A stretch of DNA of 64,000 bases from the human T2T-CHM13v2.0 reference genome, Homo sapiens. The notes under the pieces were generated by a model. It was not told the origin of the DNA and did not search any database. It saw nothing but the letters and a program-made list of their open reading frames with translations. Made by a program: the position numbers and the translations under genes. The stretch lies in assembly GCF_009914755.1 (NCBI RefSeq), contig NC_060939.1, one strand, 5' to 3'. Shown here piece by piece: positions 41,516-55,134 of the stretch. Position 1 is the first letter of the stretch, and each line of letters begins with the position of its first letter.

Positions 41516-43183
41516 CTCTATTCATTAGGGTCTGTGGGGGAACTGTACTGAATAGTGTACGTGAATACCTTGTGCTTAGTAAACATGTTAGCTTTGATTC
41601 CCAAACATCACAGCTGCTGTCTCACTAATCAGAGGAATCAGAGGCCCAGGTATATGGGAGAAGACTGTTAACCTGAAGCTGGGCCATGAGCAAGTAAGAG
41701 CTGAAGATCATTCTAATGGTTTTTCCCTAAGGGGAAAAAATGACTGCCAGTCTATAACTTGATCACAGCTAAATAACCACCGCTGTGTTGATTTTAATGG
41801 GTAAGCTAACTTGGCTATTTCAAGAGATGGCTTATTTATTGATTTATTTAAATTTCCATTTTTACTACAAGCCATTCAGTGCTTAATATTGTTTCATACT
41901 AGCAAATGCTAATTAGGAGTAGAATTAAGAACATATCTTAGAATCATATCTGACCCAGACCTTTCATTTCACAAATGAGAACAAGGAAGCCCTAAGAAGT
42001 GAAGTGATTTTCCCAAGGTCAAACATCCAGCAGGTGCAAAGTTTTGTTTCATTTGTTCTCAGCACAAACTTGTATAACAATTTAGCTGTATGCAACTTTA
42101 CATAATACAGATGTTCTTTAATTTATGGTGGGGTTATGTTCCGATATATCCATCTTAAAAAACAAAACAAAAAAAAACTATCCTTTTTGTATAGTTATTT
42201 TAAAGAAACACATACATTTATCAAAATTTTTAAGTAAACGAAAAGTCGTAATTATAAAAAAGAAAATATAAGTCAAAATGCAGAAGGGTTCCCTAATGGT
42301 TGTATTAAATAGAATCTTCGTAAAGCAAATCACATGTGCAGTGTACTAAAATAATTTTCTGATTAAAGAATACATCTATGAATGCTTTTGGTTAAAAACA
42401 AAAAGCTTTTTGAAGATGGAGACAGTGGTTATATGGTTTTCCAATCTCTCCAAATTCCTACATAGAAATAGACAAAGCAACTAGGTAGCAAATCCAAAGA
42501 CTCATGGACAAGAGTGATAATTATGTCAAGCTACCCCTATGAAACTCAAATACAAATGAGTGGGGACAAACTATCGTTATGACACCAAATATGCATGGTA
42601 TCGGCTTCTATGAGAGAGAAGTACAGGATGGGCACAGGGAATCCGACTGACCTGAGAAATGGAGACCCCAAAATACACAACAGGTATTTGTAAAAGTACC
42701 ATAAGACAATTCGAGAACAATAGCTACAACTATAAAAGGTTTGGCTCATTCCAATAGCGGGTGAATATAGAGGTCATAGTAAGGTCTGACCCATATGAAC
42801 CCTCAAAACTGATCAGCCAGAGCTCCTTTCAGCACAGGGCCCAATGCATGGAGGTCTTAAACTACACATTGAAACTGCTACCCATGGCGGAAAAGCTAAC
42901 AGGATAGAGACATTTGAGAATAAAGGGAAAGAGAAGATCCAGATAAACACAGGCGTGGAGGACTGTTGACAGAAAATCTCATGCTATTTTGGAACAAAAT
43001 AACAAAGTCATGTTATTTTGGAACACTGTAAGAAACAATGAAAGAGGGAGCTCTGCGAATTGAGAAAAGCCACAGTGAATAACGCTTTCTTCTAAAAGTT
43101 CAAGAAAAAATAATTTTCTATAAAAATGAGGAAAGAAAGGCATAGAGGTTAAAGCCCACACAAAGTTATTGTAAGAATAAAAG

Positions 43184-43597
<414 letters not shown>

Positions 43598-44902
43598 CTA
43601 AAAAATAAAAAAAAAAAAGTGAAGGAAATCATACAGAACATAAAGAACAACCTAAATCAGAAGTAGAAAAAAAAACTCAGAAATTAGGTGGTAGGACTCT
43701 GGAAAGAATTAGATATAAAGGATAAAAGCCATCCCAAAAATTAATATCAAGCTAGAAGGAACGCAAGAGCAATAAACACGACAGATAATGTCTTCAGAGA
43801 TAGAAAGGAAAAAGCTGAAAAAATTTTAAGTCAAAAAAGAAATTGAAAAGAGAGATAAAGAGGATTTGTAACCAAGTTAAAATATCGAAGATACTCAAAG
43901 AACGTCCAACATAGAAATAGTGGAAGTCTCTGGAACAAGAAATCCAGAGAAAGAGGGCAGAACAAACACTAAGAAATATAATTCAAGAAAACACTCCTGA
44001 AATAAAAGGATTTGAAATTACATTGTGAAAAAGCACACTACAGACCTAAGAATGTTGACCTACAATGACCCACACTATGATATATTCTAGTAAAATTATT
44101 GAAGTTTAAGAGAAAAAAAGGTCCTTTGGGTATCTAGAAAAAAAAGAGCAAGTGGCTTGTAAAAGAATACAAATTAGATAATTATTGACTTGTCAATAAC
44201 AATGTTTTATGGTAGAAGAAAACAGAGTAACATATTTAAGATATCCAAAGGAAAAAATGCAAGCCAATGATTTTACATCCAGCAGAGCTGACTTTCAAGT
44301 ATAGAGATCATTGACAAATTGTTACCAACATGATAGAATTCAAGCAATATTGTTCCCAAAGGTCCTTCCCAGCAATCTACTGAAAATAAGTTGCAGGTAT
44401 CAAAATATCTAGAGAAACAACAGCCTAAGGACTGATGGCAAGCATTAAACACATAGTTACTTGTAGAACCAGGCAAAATGTGGGTTAAAAGGGAGAAACA
44501 GTAGATTTAATGACTGTAAGCTGTGGCAATGTAGACAGACTATAGTTCTTAAAAGAATAGAGGGAGAATGGAAGAGCATATGCACAAATGTTTAACTCTT
44601 CTCAGTATTTATATTGGGGGTAGTAGTAACAATATTGTTATTTTGCACTGGTATACAGGTAAAGTGGTACCATTACCTATAATTATAGGTAAATGATTTT
44701 ATAATTATAAAATCATAAATTATAAAATTTTGGGTATTCCTATTTTGTCATCTCCTGTGTTCTTGGGAACCATAACCTGTGGTATGAAAGAAAGGGGACA
44801 CAGAGTTAGTATAGAAAAAGTTCAGATTAAAATAAAAAGTTGTCATCATGAATTTGAATGCTAAGTATCAGTATTAACTCATGATGTATTTTGAGGTAGG
44901 AA

Positions 44903-44971
44903 TGTGTGTGTGTGTGTGTGCCTGTGTGTGTGTGTGTCTGTGTGTCCGTGTGTGTGTCAGAGAGAGAGAGA
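44903..44971. repeat. Imperfect (TG)n followed by (AG)n microsatellite
   Basis: tgtgtgtgtg...cagagagagagag seen directly. Confidence 0.9.
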
Positions 44972-45491
44972 CTGAGATTTAGAAACGATGACCAACCCAG
45001 TTGCAGTGAGCCCCTCTAACAACCCAGATTCTTAGATCACAGTCTTGAAATAGAATCCACTTTAAAAAAATAAGGATTTTGGAGAAATGGGTGATTTCAT
45101 ATATAAGATGAGCCTGGTACATCTTTTTATACTAGGTAGTGAGGAAGCTATCAAAGATGATTAAGATCATGTCAAAGATGCTCAGAAATCGTGCTGAAGG
45201 GGCTCCCACTGGTTAACGATGAGACAATTTGAGCTTCAACATGGGTAATAATTGCAATTGATTGGAACTCATCAAATATATTTAAATAGATTAATTCATA
45301 ATAACTTAATCTAATTGGTTATTTATGGAGGAAAATAGGGAACCAATTTATTGTTTTGAAAACCTATAAATAAAGAGAAAGAATCAGAAACTGGGTACCC
45401 CTGGGTATTCAAAGAGTAGATGATCAAAATCATCTCTTTGTAAGATATTCCGACTGATGAATGAAGAATAAATTAGAATTAGAATGCCATC

Positions 45492-45874
45492 TGTGATGGT
45501 TAATACTGAGTGTCAATTTGATTGAATTGAAGGATACAAAGTATTGATCCTGGGCGTGTCTGTGAGGGTGTTGCCAAAGGAGAATAATATTTATTTGAGT
45601 CAGTGGGCTGGGAAAGGAAGACCTACCCTTAATCTGGGTGGGCACCATCTAATCAGCTGCCAGTGAATATAAAGCAGGCAGAAAAGCATGAAAAGGCTAG
45701 ACTGGCTTAGCCTCCCAGACTACATCTTTCTCAGGTGCTCGCTGCTTTCTGCCCTCAAACATTGGACTCCAAGTTCTTCAGCTTTGGGACTTGGACTGGC
45801 TTCCTTGCTCCTCAGCTTGCAGATGGCCTGTTGTGGGACCTTGCGATCATGTGAGTTAATACTACTTAATAAAC

Positions 45875-45905
<31 letters not shown>

Positions 45906-45974
45906 GTTATAGATATAGATATATAGATATATATCCTACTAGTTCTGTCCCTCTAGAGAACCCTGAGTAATACA
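45492..45974 (+). mobile_element. MLT2A-type ERVL solo LTR with internal (TA)n
   Basis: TGTGATGGTTAATACTGAGTGTCAA...CTAGAGAACCCTGAGTAATACA; near-TSD CCATC/CCACC; TATAAA at 45668, AATAAA at 45868. Confidence 0.9.
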
Positions 45975-46520
45975 CCACCCTTTCCCAACTCCCAAAGAAT
46001 TAATGGGAGTTAATTAATGGGAGTGATGAGCATGAGTGGCTGCTGCTCACATTACAAAAGAGAGATGAGCAGACACAGTGTGCTTCCTGTAAACAAACAC
46101 GCCACCACCTATAGCCTTGCCAGAGGGATAGGACTGAGTCTGATCAAGCCTCTGCATCCAGCTGCCACTTTACAAAAATGCAGAAAACAGGAACATATTG
46201 AACTATATCACAAGGACACGTCATCAAAATCAAAACTGTAGGAAACTCTACAGATCAAATGCCCTGGGCTTTTCCCAGAGACAAGTTATAAGAAACAGAA
46301 GAGAAAAAAAAGGTAGGACTATAGACTAAAAGAAAGTTAAAAGATACCTTTTTAAGGCAAAATTAAGTTATAGCATCATAAAGATGCACTGGATTACATC
46401 ACGGACTATTAAAACTACACACATGAGGAAATGATTACAAGTCAGGAGAGTGGTTACTTTCAGAGAAAGGGAGGAGAGGAGACTGAGGCTCACAAAGGGG
46501 CTTCTAGGGGGGCTGGCAAA

Positions 46521-46900
46521 CTTATTTATTTACTTATTTTTATTATACTTTAAGTTCTAGGGTACATGTGCACAACACGCAGGTTTGTTACATATGTATA
46601 CATGTGCCATGTTGGTGTGCTGCACCCATTAACTCGTCATTTACATTAGGTATATCTCCTAATGCTATCCCTCCCCCCTCCCCCCACCCCACAACAGTCC
46701 CCAGTGTGTGATGTTCCCCTTCCTGTGTCCATGTGTTCTCATTGTTCAGTTCCCACCTATGAGGGAGAACATGCGGTGTTTGGTTTTTTGTCCTTGCGAT
46801 AGTTTGCTGAGAATGATGGTTTCCAGCTTCATCCATGTCTCTACAAAGGACATGAACTCATCCTTTTTTATGGCTGCATAGTATTCCATGGTGTATATGT
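46521..46900 (-). mobile_element. 5'-truncated primate L1PA 3' end (~380 bp)
   Basis: ttattatactttaagttctagggtacatgtgcacaac...gtattccatggtgtatatgt; TSD GGG(G/T)GGCTGGCAAA on both sides; lacks the L1Hs-Ta ACA diagnostic. Confidence 0.93.
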
Positions 46901-47888
46901 GGGTGGCTGGCAAATTTCTATTTCTTGACCTTGGATGTTTACAAGGGTGTTCATCTTATGAAAATAATAATAATATAGTAAACTATTCATGTATGTAGTT
47001 TTATCTGGGTGTTATTTTACAAGAAAAAGATCTTTAAGATGCTTTTGCAAAATGAAGAATGTGTGTGAAGCAAATCTAATTCATCTCCTAAAATCTCTTT
47101 TCGTGGTAAATCCATATTTAGATGGTAATTTGTTTAGACCAAGCATATGCATGTTCTGGCAATGTGTTTTCAAGACCATTCATTGCAAAGTAATCGATCT
47201 GCAAATGTTGATGGAGTACTAACTATGTGCAAGGCACTTCTGCTGTTCCATAGCAATTGGCTCGTACCTTCAGACACTTGCTCTCTCTCTTGAATTAGCT
47301 GACAATGTGCATTGGAAGCTTTCACTTTGGGTTTGAGCTTTTTATATTATTGGTATTTTATTTGTTTATGATGTTTTATGAATTGATTGAAGTACTGTGT
47401 GTTGAAGAGGAGAGGCTCGCAAGACACTTCCACTCAGCATAAAACTAAACGACCTCTTCCCTTAGTCTTAGCTAGCTGGCATGTAGGCCACTCCCCAGTG
47501 ATCAGGGTGCTGCTTCCTGCGAGTGTAGACAGCTGGAACTCTGCTTGTTGAGAATCTGCTCTATACTGGGCTATGCTTTGGTGACTCATCATCACAGCCT
47601 CACAATCACACCATACATCTGAATATCTAGTTCCTAGAAATGACAGTTTTGGAGAGGTTTATAATGGATACCAATTCCCACAAAAAAAAGTAGTTTTTGA
47701 GACTTTCTTCCGACCCAAGATCACAAACATCAGGAAGCAACTTACTCCGTTCCATCAGATAAAGCTAGTTTCTAAATAGAAAACTTACTAGGCATATCAA
47801 TTTTTGTGTTTTTTCTGCAAAGCAAAGGAACCATGAAAGTTGCAAAACTACAAAAATTTTTATGAACAAAAACGCTTCTATTTCAATT

Positions 47889-47910
47889 GAAAGAAAGAAA
47901 GAGAAAGAAA

Positions 47911-47950
<40 letters not shown>

Positions 47951-48141
47951 AAAGAAAGAAAGAAAGAAAAAGAAAAGAAAAGAAAGGAAGAAAGAAAGAA
48001 GGAACGAAGGAAAGGAAGGAAGGAGGGAAGGAAGGAAGGAGAGAAAGAGGAGGAGGAGAAGAAAGGAAGGAAGGAAGGAAGGAAGGAAGGAAGGGAGGAA
48101 GGAAGGAAAACAAACAAAACAAAGAAAAAGAAAGGAAGGAA
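47889..48141 (+). repeat. Polypurine (GAAA)n/(GGAA)n tract
   Basis: ~250 bp almost purely A/G; 7 consecutive GGAA at 48065-48092. Confidence 0.95.
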
Positions 48142-48179
48142 TGAAGACGTCAGCCAGAGGTCGTTCTGAGCAAATTATT

Positions 48180-48370
48180 TGCGTTCATTTTTGTAATTCT
48201 TACCACAACCCAAATACAGGTGATCCCTGTTTTACAGATAGCAGAACTGTGTAGCAGAAAGGTTAAATAACATGCCAAAAGTCACATAACTAGTAAGTAG
48301 CAGTGCTAGGGCTCAAATCATGTGGTCTGGTTCCATAGCCTGTGCTATTAGCTATAGGTTACTACACTGC
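48180..48370 (-). mobile_element. MIR (reverse)
   Basis: tgtttacagatagcagaactgtgtagcagaaaggttaaataacatgccaaaagtcacataactagtaagtagcag. Confidence 0.7.
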
Positions 48371-48899
48371 CAAAAGTTCTAAATATCTTGGCAAGCCTCA
48401 TAAATGTTAGCATAGGGAAGATAGTAGTCTATATTTAAACACTACCTTGTACGTCAAATTTGCATTTTAGATAGCTCCCTCTGGCAGAAAGCACAGCCTA
48501 TCAATGATCAAATAGCATCCACTCCATCTCAATAATTCTTGAAACTGTCAGCTACTCTCCATCCCCGTTGCCACAGCCTTGGTTCAAGCCACTATCATTT
48601 CTCAGCTAGACGATTGCAATGATGCCCTAACTGGCCTTTCTCCCTTTGGCCCTAACTGAAGATGAAGATGAGAGGCTAAAACAGAAATATGAAAGGATGC
48701 CGAGCTAGCCAAAGCATGTACATATATTAATATCAACCCAAACAACTTCTAGGGGAAAGGGCTGGAGAGAGATGGGAAGCAGTTGCAAACCCAACTTTTT
48801 ACAAATCTAGAGAAAGTCAAAAGCAGAGCCAGTATGAAGACATTAAATAAAACCACACATTTTCATAAAGTACAAGCTGCCTTAATCTGCCCTTAGAGA

Positions 48900-49148
48900 C
48901 TGTAGGCCATGGAAATAGCTATAGACAATGGTTGTCAGCTCTCCTCCGTCTCCTCCGGCCTCCCTGGAGATTGGGTCTCCTGATCAGAGAAGCTTGACTG
49001 GCTACACTCGCCCTTTCTCCTGTGCTGGCCTTGCTGAGATGTGCCCTGGGCAGGGTATTGGGCAGGAAGGAGACTCCTCACATGATCCAGTTTAATCCTC
49101 CTCTTCTCCCTTCCTGAAGCTGCACGCTGCAGTAAGAGCACAGCAGAA
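48900..49148 (+). promoter_or_regulatory. SLC24A5: SLC24A5 proximal promoter / 5' UTR region (no CpG island, no clear TATA); MITF-type E-box TCACATGA at 49078-49085
   Basis: Immediately upstream of the start codon; TCACATGA is the reverse complement of the MITF-preferred TCATGTGA; SOX-type ACAATG at 48925-48930. TSS position cannot be read from sequence. Confidence 0.6.
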
Positions 49149-49269
49149 ATGCAGACAAAAGGGGGCCAAACATGGGCGAGAAGGGCTCTGTTGCTCGGCA
49201 TCCTGTGGGCCACTGCACATCTGCCTCTCTCAGGGACCTCCCTGCCCCAACGTCTCCCAAGGGCCACAG
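49149..49269 (+). CDS. SLC24A5: SLC24A5 (NCKX5) coding exon 1, c.1-121; signal-peptide region
   Basis: ATG at 49149 gives [40 protein letters not shown](G), the recognisable NCKX5 N-terminus; donor CAG|GTAGGT at 49269/49270; phase 1. Confidence 0.97.
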
Positions 49270-49298
49270 GTAGGTGGACATTGGGGTCAGTTAGCTCT

Positions 49299-49322
49299 GC
49301 AGCAGCAGCTGCTGCTGCTGCT
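49299..49322. repeat. (CAG)n-(CTG)n inverted trinucleotide repeat in intron 1
   Basis: GCAGCAGCAG|CTGCTGCTGC is a perfect 20-bp palindrome at 49299-49318. Confidence 0.9.
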
Positions 49323-49920
49323 ACCACATACAGATGAAGGGACAAAAAGAGGAAAATTCTCAATGGGCTCACTTTTACTTACGCTTCTGAATTTTAGCAT
49401 TTAAAAAGATATCAAACACTTTTGATCCTTCAAATAAGTTCTTAAATATACTCCAAAGTAATTCACAGAGATCATAGTAGGCCAAGTCTCCAGTTTTTGT
49501 TCTTGGAGACTTTTTGGTGAAAACAAAAAATCTTTCATCTTAGAAATTCTCTCTGCAACAGTGGATGGATTCTTTGCAGGCCTGTGAACAATTTAGGCTC
49601 TGCAATGAGAAAACGAAATTGTATAAACAATAGAAATCTTCATGTATCAGAGATACAGTTTCTACTTGGGGAAGAGAGATTCAGAAATAAAAACAAGGAG
49701 GAGTGATTTCATGATTTCCTCTTTTTAATTCTTCACCATCATCAACATATTTCATTAAGATATCTCTTTTCAGTCCCCCAAAAAAATTTTTTGAAAACTC
49801 TACAACTGTGTTATATTCAGAAGCGCTTTATACATTTTCAGTGGGTCCTTAAAATTCCACCCGGTTACCCCACACTTACAGATTTCTTAAGGAAGCTCTC
49901 TGTGGGCTTGGAATGTGTGA

Positions 49921-50205
<285 letters not shown>

Positions 50206-51419
50206 TGAAATAGCTCAGCAGCTGTCCTGTACTTCTCAACTGGTTGCAGAGCACCAGCTTCTTGTTGTGGGGTCCCGTGTCTTAAGGAACTGGTCGAGTG
50301 TGGTTTCTCTTGGTAGTTAATGTGAATCAGAGTTTCTTCAAGTTAGAACCCGGCAGTTATTATTTTTCTGCCTATTTCCAGAAATCTCTAGTTTGTCTAC
50401 TGCCTGGATGTTTGTTATAAGAACTGTTCCAAGATTTCACTTGTATGTACTTTGTGTGCGCTCCTAATACAATGAAACTCCTAATATTTGCCATTTTATG
50501 CTTCAAAAAACTTTTTTTTATTTTTACTCTAAGCTCGCTATAACTTTGATTATAAAAAGTGATAAACAAATGCAATTAAGGACCACCCTCCCCATCTTCC
50601 TTTCCCAGCATCCTACCATTAAGGAAATTAATTGATATTTAAGAACCAATAAACAGATAGATGAATAAGTCCTGTATCCTAAGTGACCTTAGACATCAGA
50701 TGACTGTAAAATCAGTTATTAAAAATTAAGAGCTCCATTTATTGGTTTCTGAAAATAAGATCAGCCGGTCCAAGCCTCTGAGCTCTGTTCCTTCAGCAGT
50801 ATATGTTGCCCAGAATTCTGAGCATAGACCTTCACTGGTGCACTGGTCCCTAAACACCAGGATAGCAGTTATGTTCTGTGCCATATGAGCAAAAGTGTGT
50901 TTCTAGACTTGGTCTCATGTTTGGTTATTTATTTGGCTGAGCATGCCCACATTACAGCAAAAAGCAATGTCAAAATTAAGGATTGGGTTTCCTATTGCAT
51001 ATTCACAAGACTGCACAGTAACAGCAGCGTCCTCAACCTCCACCCACCGCCCCCGACACACACACATTGCTGCCATTTCTTTATAAAGGGAAAGAGCATG
51101 AATGTAAACTCTCCCTTTTCCCATCACCCCACCCCCAACCCCTGCTGAAATGCAAAGCGAATTATTTTCTCCCTTGTTCACTGCAGTATACCAGAATCTG
51201 TAGGCTCTAAAACAGTAACTGGTGATAGCAGAGGCACTCAACACCTATCTGTTTAATGAAAATATATAATATATATATATATGATAGATTAGCCTAATTT
51301 ATTACAATTTTTCTTAAGTAGATACAAACATATGCTTTTATCTTGACGTTACATCTTATATATAATTGATATTTTCTTTAATAAAGATTAAATTATTTAA
51401 CAGTTTTACTTAGATTAAT

Positions 51420-52540
51420 GAAATACAAGAAAAATAGAAGAGAAAGATAAAATCACCTGTATTTCCATCTACACAGTTACCATTTGGTATATTTCCTTTA
51501 AATCTTTTGAATCTTGCTTTATATACAGTTTGGGATCTTTCCTTTTTTTCACACAATATTTTATAGTGCACATTTTCCAATATTATTAAACATTCTTCAA
51601 AAACATTATTTTTAATGATATCATGATAGTCCATGATTCTATAAATGATTTGAGCGTCTGACACTGGTTTTTACACATAGTAGGCACCCAGTAGAAATTT
51701 ATCATAAAATTTAAAACTATTACTCTCATTGGACATTTGGCCTGTTTTAAGTTTTTTGTGTTAATGTCATGCCCATAATTGTATAAAATCTTTGCACACC
51801 TCTCTGATCATTTCCTGATTAAGAGGCAGAGATGTGGATATTTTAAGTCTTATGATATATATTTGCAAAAGGCATCCCACAAAAGGTGTGCCTACTTATA
51901 CCTCCTTAAGCATCCATTCCAGAAAACCATGAAAAATATGTGAAATATCCTTGGTTGCTTTAACCTCCCATTATTTTATAAAATTTGTGTTTATCTTATT
52001 ATCCATGAGGGTGAATATTTTATATGTTTATTTTATTTTATGGTTTTCCTTTTGTGTTTTTTTGCCCATATTATATCAGGGGTATTCTGTCTCTTTCTTA
52101 TTGATTTTCAAGACTTTAAAAATATATAAGGATATTAACCCTTTTTCTAGTATTACTTCATATCATATGCTTTTTCATGGTTTGTTTGATTTTGCATTTT
52201 GTGTTTATCACATTGAAGTTTGAAGTTTAAATATTTTAAGTAAATTTGTAAATCTTTTTCTTTATGGTTCTCCTTTTGGTTTTATAACTAGAAAGGCATT
52301 TTTATCCATAGGTCACAACAATCATCATATTTTATTCTACATGCAGGATTTTTTAAAATTTATTTATTTTTTCCACTAAGAATCTGTCTTGCTATAGGAT
52401 GTAATGTTCTTTTTTCCAACAGTTGATCAATTTTCATATACTAAGTTCTTATATAGATGTAGATCTGTCTCTATGCTCCCAACTCTGTTCTAATAACCTT
52501 TTTGTACATTCTTATGCCAATACTGCACTTTTAATTAGAA
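51420..52540 (-). mobile_element. L1ME-like fragment in intron 2
   Basis: T-rich antisense L1 motifs (ggatattaacccttt; ttctccttttggttttataactagaaaggc); approximate. Confidence 0.6.
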
Positions 52541-55134
52541 AAATGTAAAAAACTAAAAATTGAAAAATTAAAAATGTTAATCATATAAAACACAGAAATT
52601 TAAATTGTAAGGAATAATTTCCATTTCTAATGACTTAACTGAACAATGACATGACTGAAAAAATAAATCTATCAAGAATTTTATTATAAAAATTATCTTA
52701 GGAGAAGTGAAAAATAAATAAAAAACCTTTCTAGCCCTGTAGAAGACACTACTGCATTAAAATTTAGATTATGACTTCAAAATATTGTTCATTAAGTGAC
52801 TTAATATGTCTAAGTGACTTCCAACGTGCACCTTGTGAAATTACTTTGAAAGATCATCAGCAAACATGCATTTCTCAAGTGAGTCTCTCTGCCCTGAAAT
52901 ACAGTAGTTCTTACAGATGTGTGATTGATGAATATCCATGCCACTGCCAAATCTTCAGCTGTTAAAAATTGACCCTCATCTTGAGTATTGAAAATACTGG
53001 CAACAAAATGAGATAGAAATAGTGCTAGCTCAATTCATTTTTAAATGCTTATAAATTAATTCTGTCACTTCTCTTTTCAAGTTCTAGCATGGTCTTATCC
53101 AAATTATGACATCAGCAATAAAAAACAATTTTCCTGAAATTTCTTCACATCTGCAGAAACGGGCTTCAAAAGTCTGCAAGTGCTTTGCCTTTCCCCAGTT
53201 TCTTGATGAGCATTGAGTCATAATAGTTCCACCCATTTTGTCAACTAATAGTTATCAACATAACCCTCAAAACAGTTTACTAAAGTATTCCACAATGTAC
53301 TACAGTGTTATTTTTTATCAGTTACTTATGATAAAATTATAGATGAAAGATATATATCTTATAATAATATATGGTTTATATAATATATATGATTTTATAT
53401 ATATATATATGGTTTCACTTAGTCTTCCCAAAAACCTTACAAAATAGGGACTAATGTTTTGGTTTTACTGATGAGGAAGCCAAGGCTGGGAGGGTAGGTA
53501 ATTTCTCATGACCACATAGCCACACAGAGAAAGTCCTGATCTCTCTAATGCCAAAACTCAAGCATGATCTCAACTGCTACATGATAAAACTTTACACATC
53601 CTTGTTTGAGATTCGTTGCTAGAATATAGTTGTTTCAGAACTGTTCTATTTGAACCATCTTACAAGAAATTTTCCTCTCGAGAGCACTGAAAATTTTGAC
53701 AAAAAAATATCAAATACCCACAGTTACTATGGAGGAAGTATATTACAAAATAAAGAGAATACATTGAATTATTTACAAAAATCATTTTGGACCTTTGGCA
53801 ACCTATAGGTGATTGTAAATCAATGCTATAGACACTTATCCATAAGCTCCCAGGCCTAAACATTTTGTCCAAGATCATGAGATCATAATGTAGTACAGTG
53901 GAACTTCATCATCATAGATGAGGCTATAATGTCTTGTGGGGTATGTATACTGAGTTCCAACCTAGAATACAATGGAAGGATTGGCAGGCCCCTGTCCCAC
54001 CCCAGCCCCACTCACTCCTCAAATCACCACAGTGGCTCATTTGGCCAACAGCAGGATCTTTAGCCAGGTGAAGACTAGAAGAGGCTCAGGATTGTCATCT
54101 CCGTGCAGCGATGAGCTGGAAGTGGAAGAGGGCAGAGCCTCTTGCTGGTGCTCTGGCAGGGCCCCCGCTCGGTCAAACCAGTGCTCTTTCTCTTTTGGAC
54201 CTATGTATGTTGGTCTTGGTCTCCTAGAGCTGCCTCCACCAGAGGCTTCCAGCAAGGATTTTTTTTCCTTCTCCTTGCTCTGCTCATGATCATAAAAGTC
54301 ACACACCCTCTCCTCTACCCTCGAACACTGGAAAAGCTGGAAAAGCACCTATCTCTACGAGGCAACCTCAGACACTTTACCACCATCTTAACTGTATGGA
54401 GCCAATAAAAGAAAATGCTGTTGCTATGCCCCCTTCCTGTAATCCTATCTTCTTTTTCTGTCCATTTGGTTCTACAGGAAAAGAAGCTAATAATTCTCTG
54501 AACACAGAGGGCTGAAATGAAATTAATTGGTGTTGTAGAGGGGACACAAATATATCACCCTCTAGTTGTCCAGGGCATTTCACGTTTGGAGGAAAGCCTT
54601 GGCTTCTGGGCTGGGAAACAGAATGGAGATTCTGGGAAAAGAGTTAAAGATGTGATCAGAAGAGGAGCATTATCCAAGCCCAAGTTAGAGCTAAAGGAGC
54701 TAGAGGTAATGGGGTGAGGAATAAACTAAGGAGAGCTTCCTCATCCTAACCAGTTGTGCTACTCTAGAATGTTACCCGGATGGATACCCTGAGGGGTGTG
54801 TATGAGAGACAGGAAGAGAGACAGAGACACAGTGAGAGAGGAATCCAAATGACTAAGGAAAAGGAGGGAGCCTTTGTCGTCTCTGATCATTCATGTAAGC
54901 CTGACTTAGAAACCTGTGTCTAAGATTCCCTTGCTTAGTTTGTGAATTTAGTTACATCACTTTGTAGTCCTATCTGGTATTGTTTGCTTGGGGCTTTTTC
55001 CAATTTTTTTCTCTCTATATATTGATATAGTTGCTGAATGGTCTATGACAAATGCTGAGAATCCCCGGACAGCTGGAGGGGAAGGACACAGCCGTCATAT
55101 GCTCTAGTGCCACACTCTTATAGAGAGACAATTG

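Noticed and set aside
46588-46836. 82-aa minus-strand ORF
   Set aside because: Lies in a truncated L1PA 3' end; non-functional.
47862-48254. Lys/Glu/Arg-rich and Phe/Leu/Ser-rich ORFs
   Set aside because: Artefacts of the GAAA/GGAA microsatellite.
48935-49372. 145-aa antisense ORF with poly-Ala across exon 1
   Set aside because: Non-ATG start; poly-Ala derives from the CAG/CTG repeat; explained as the shadow of a GC-richer exon.
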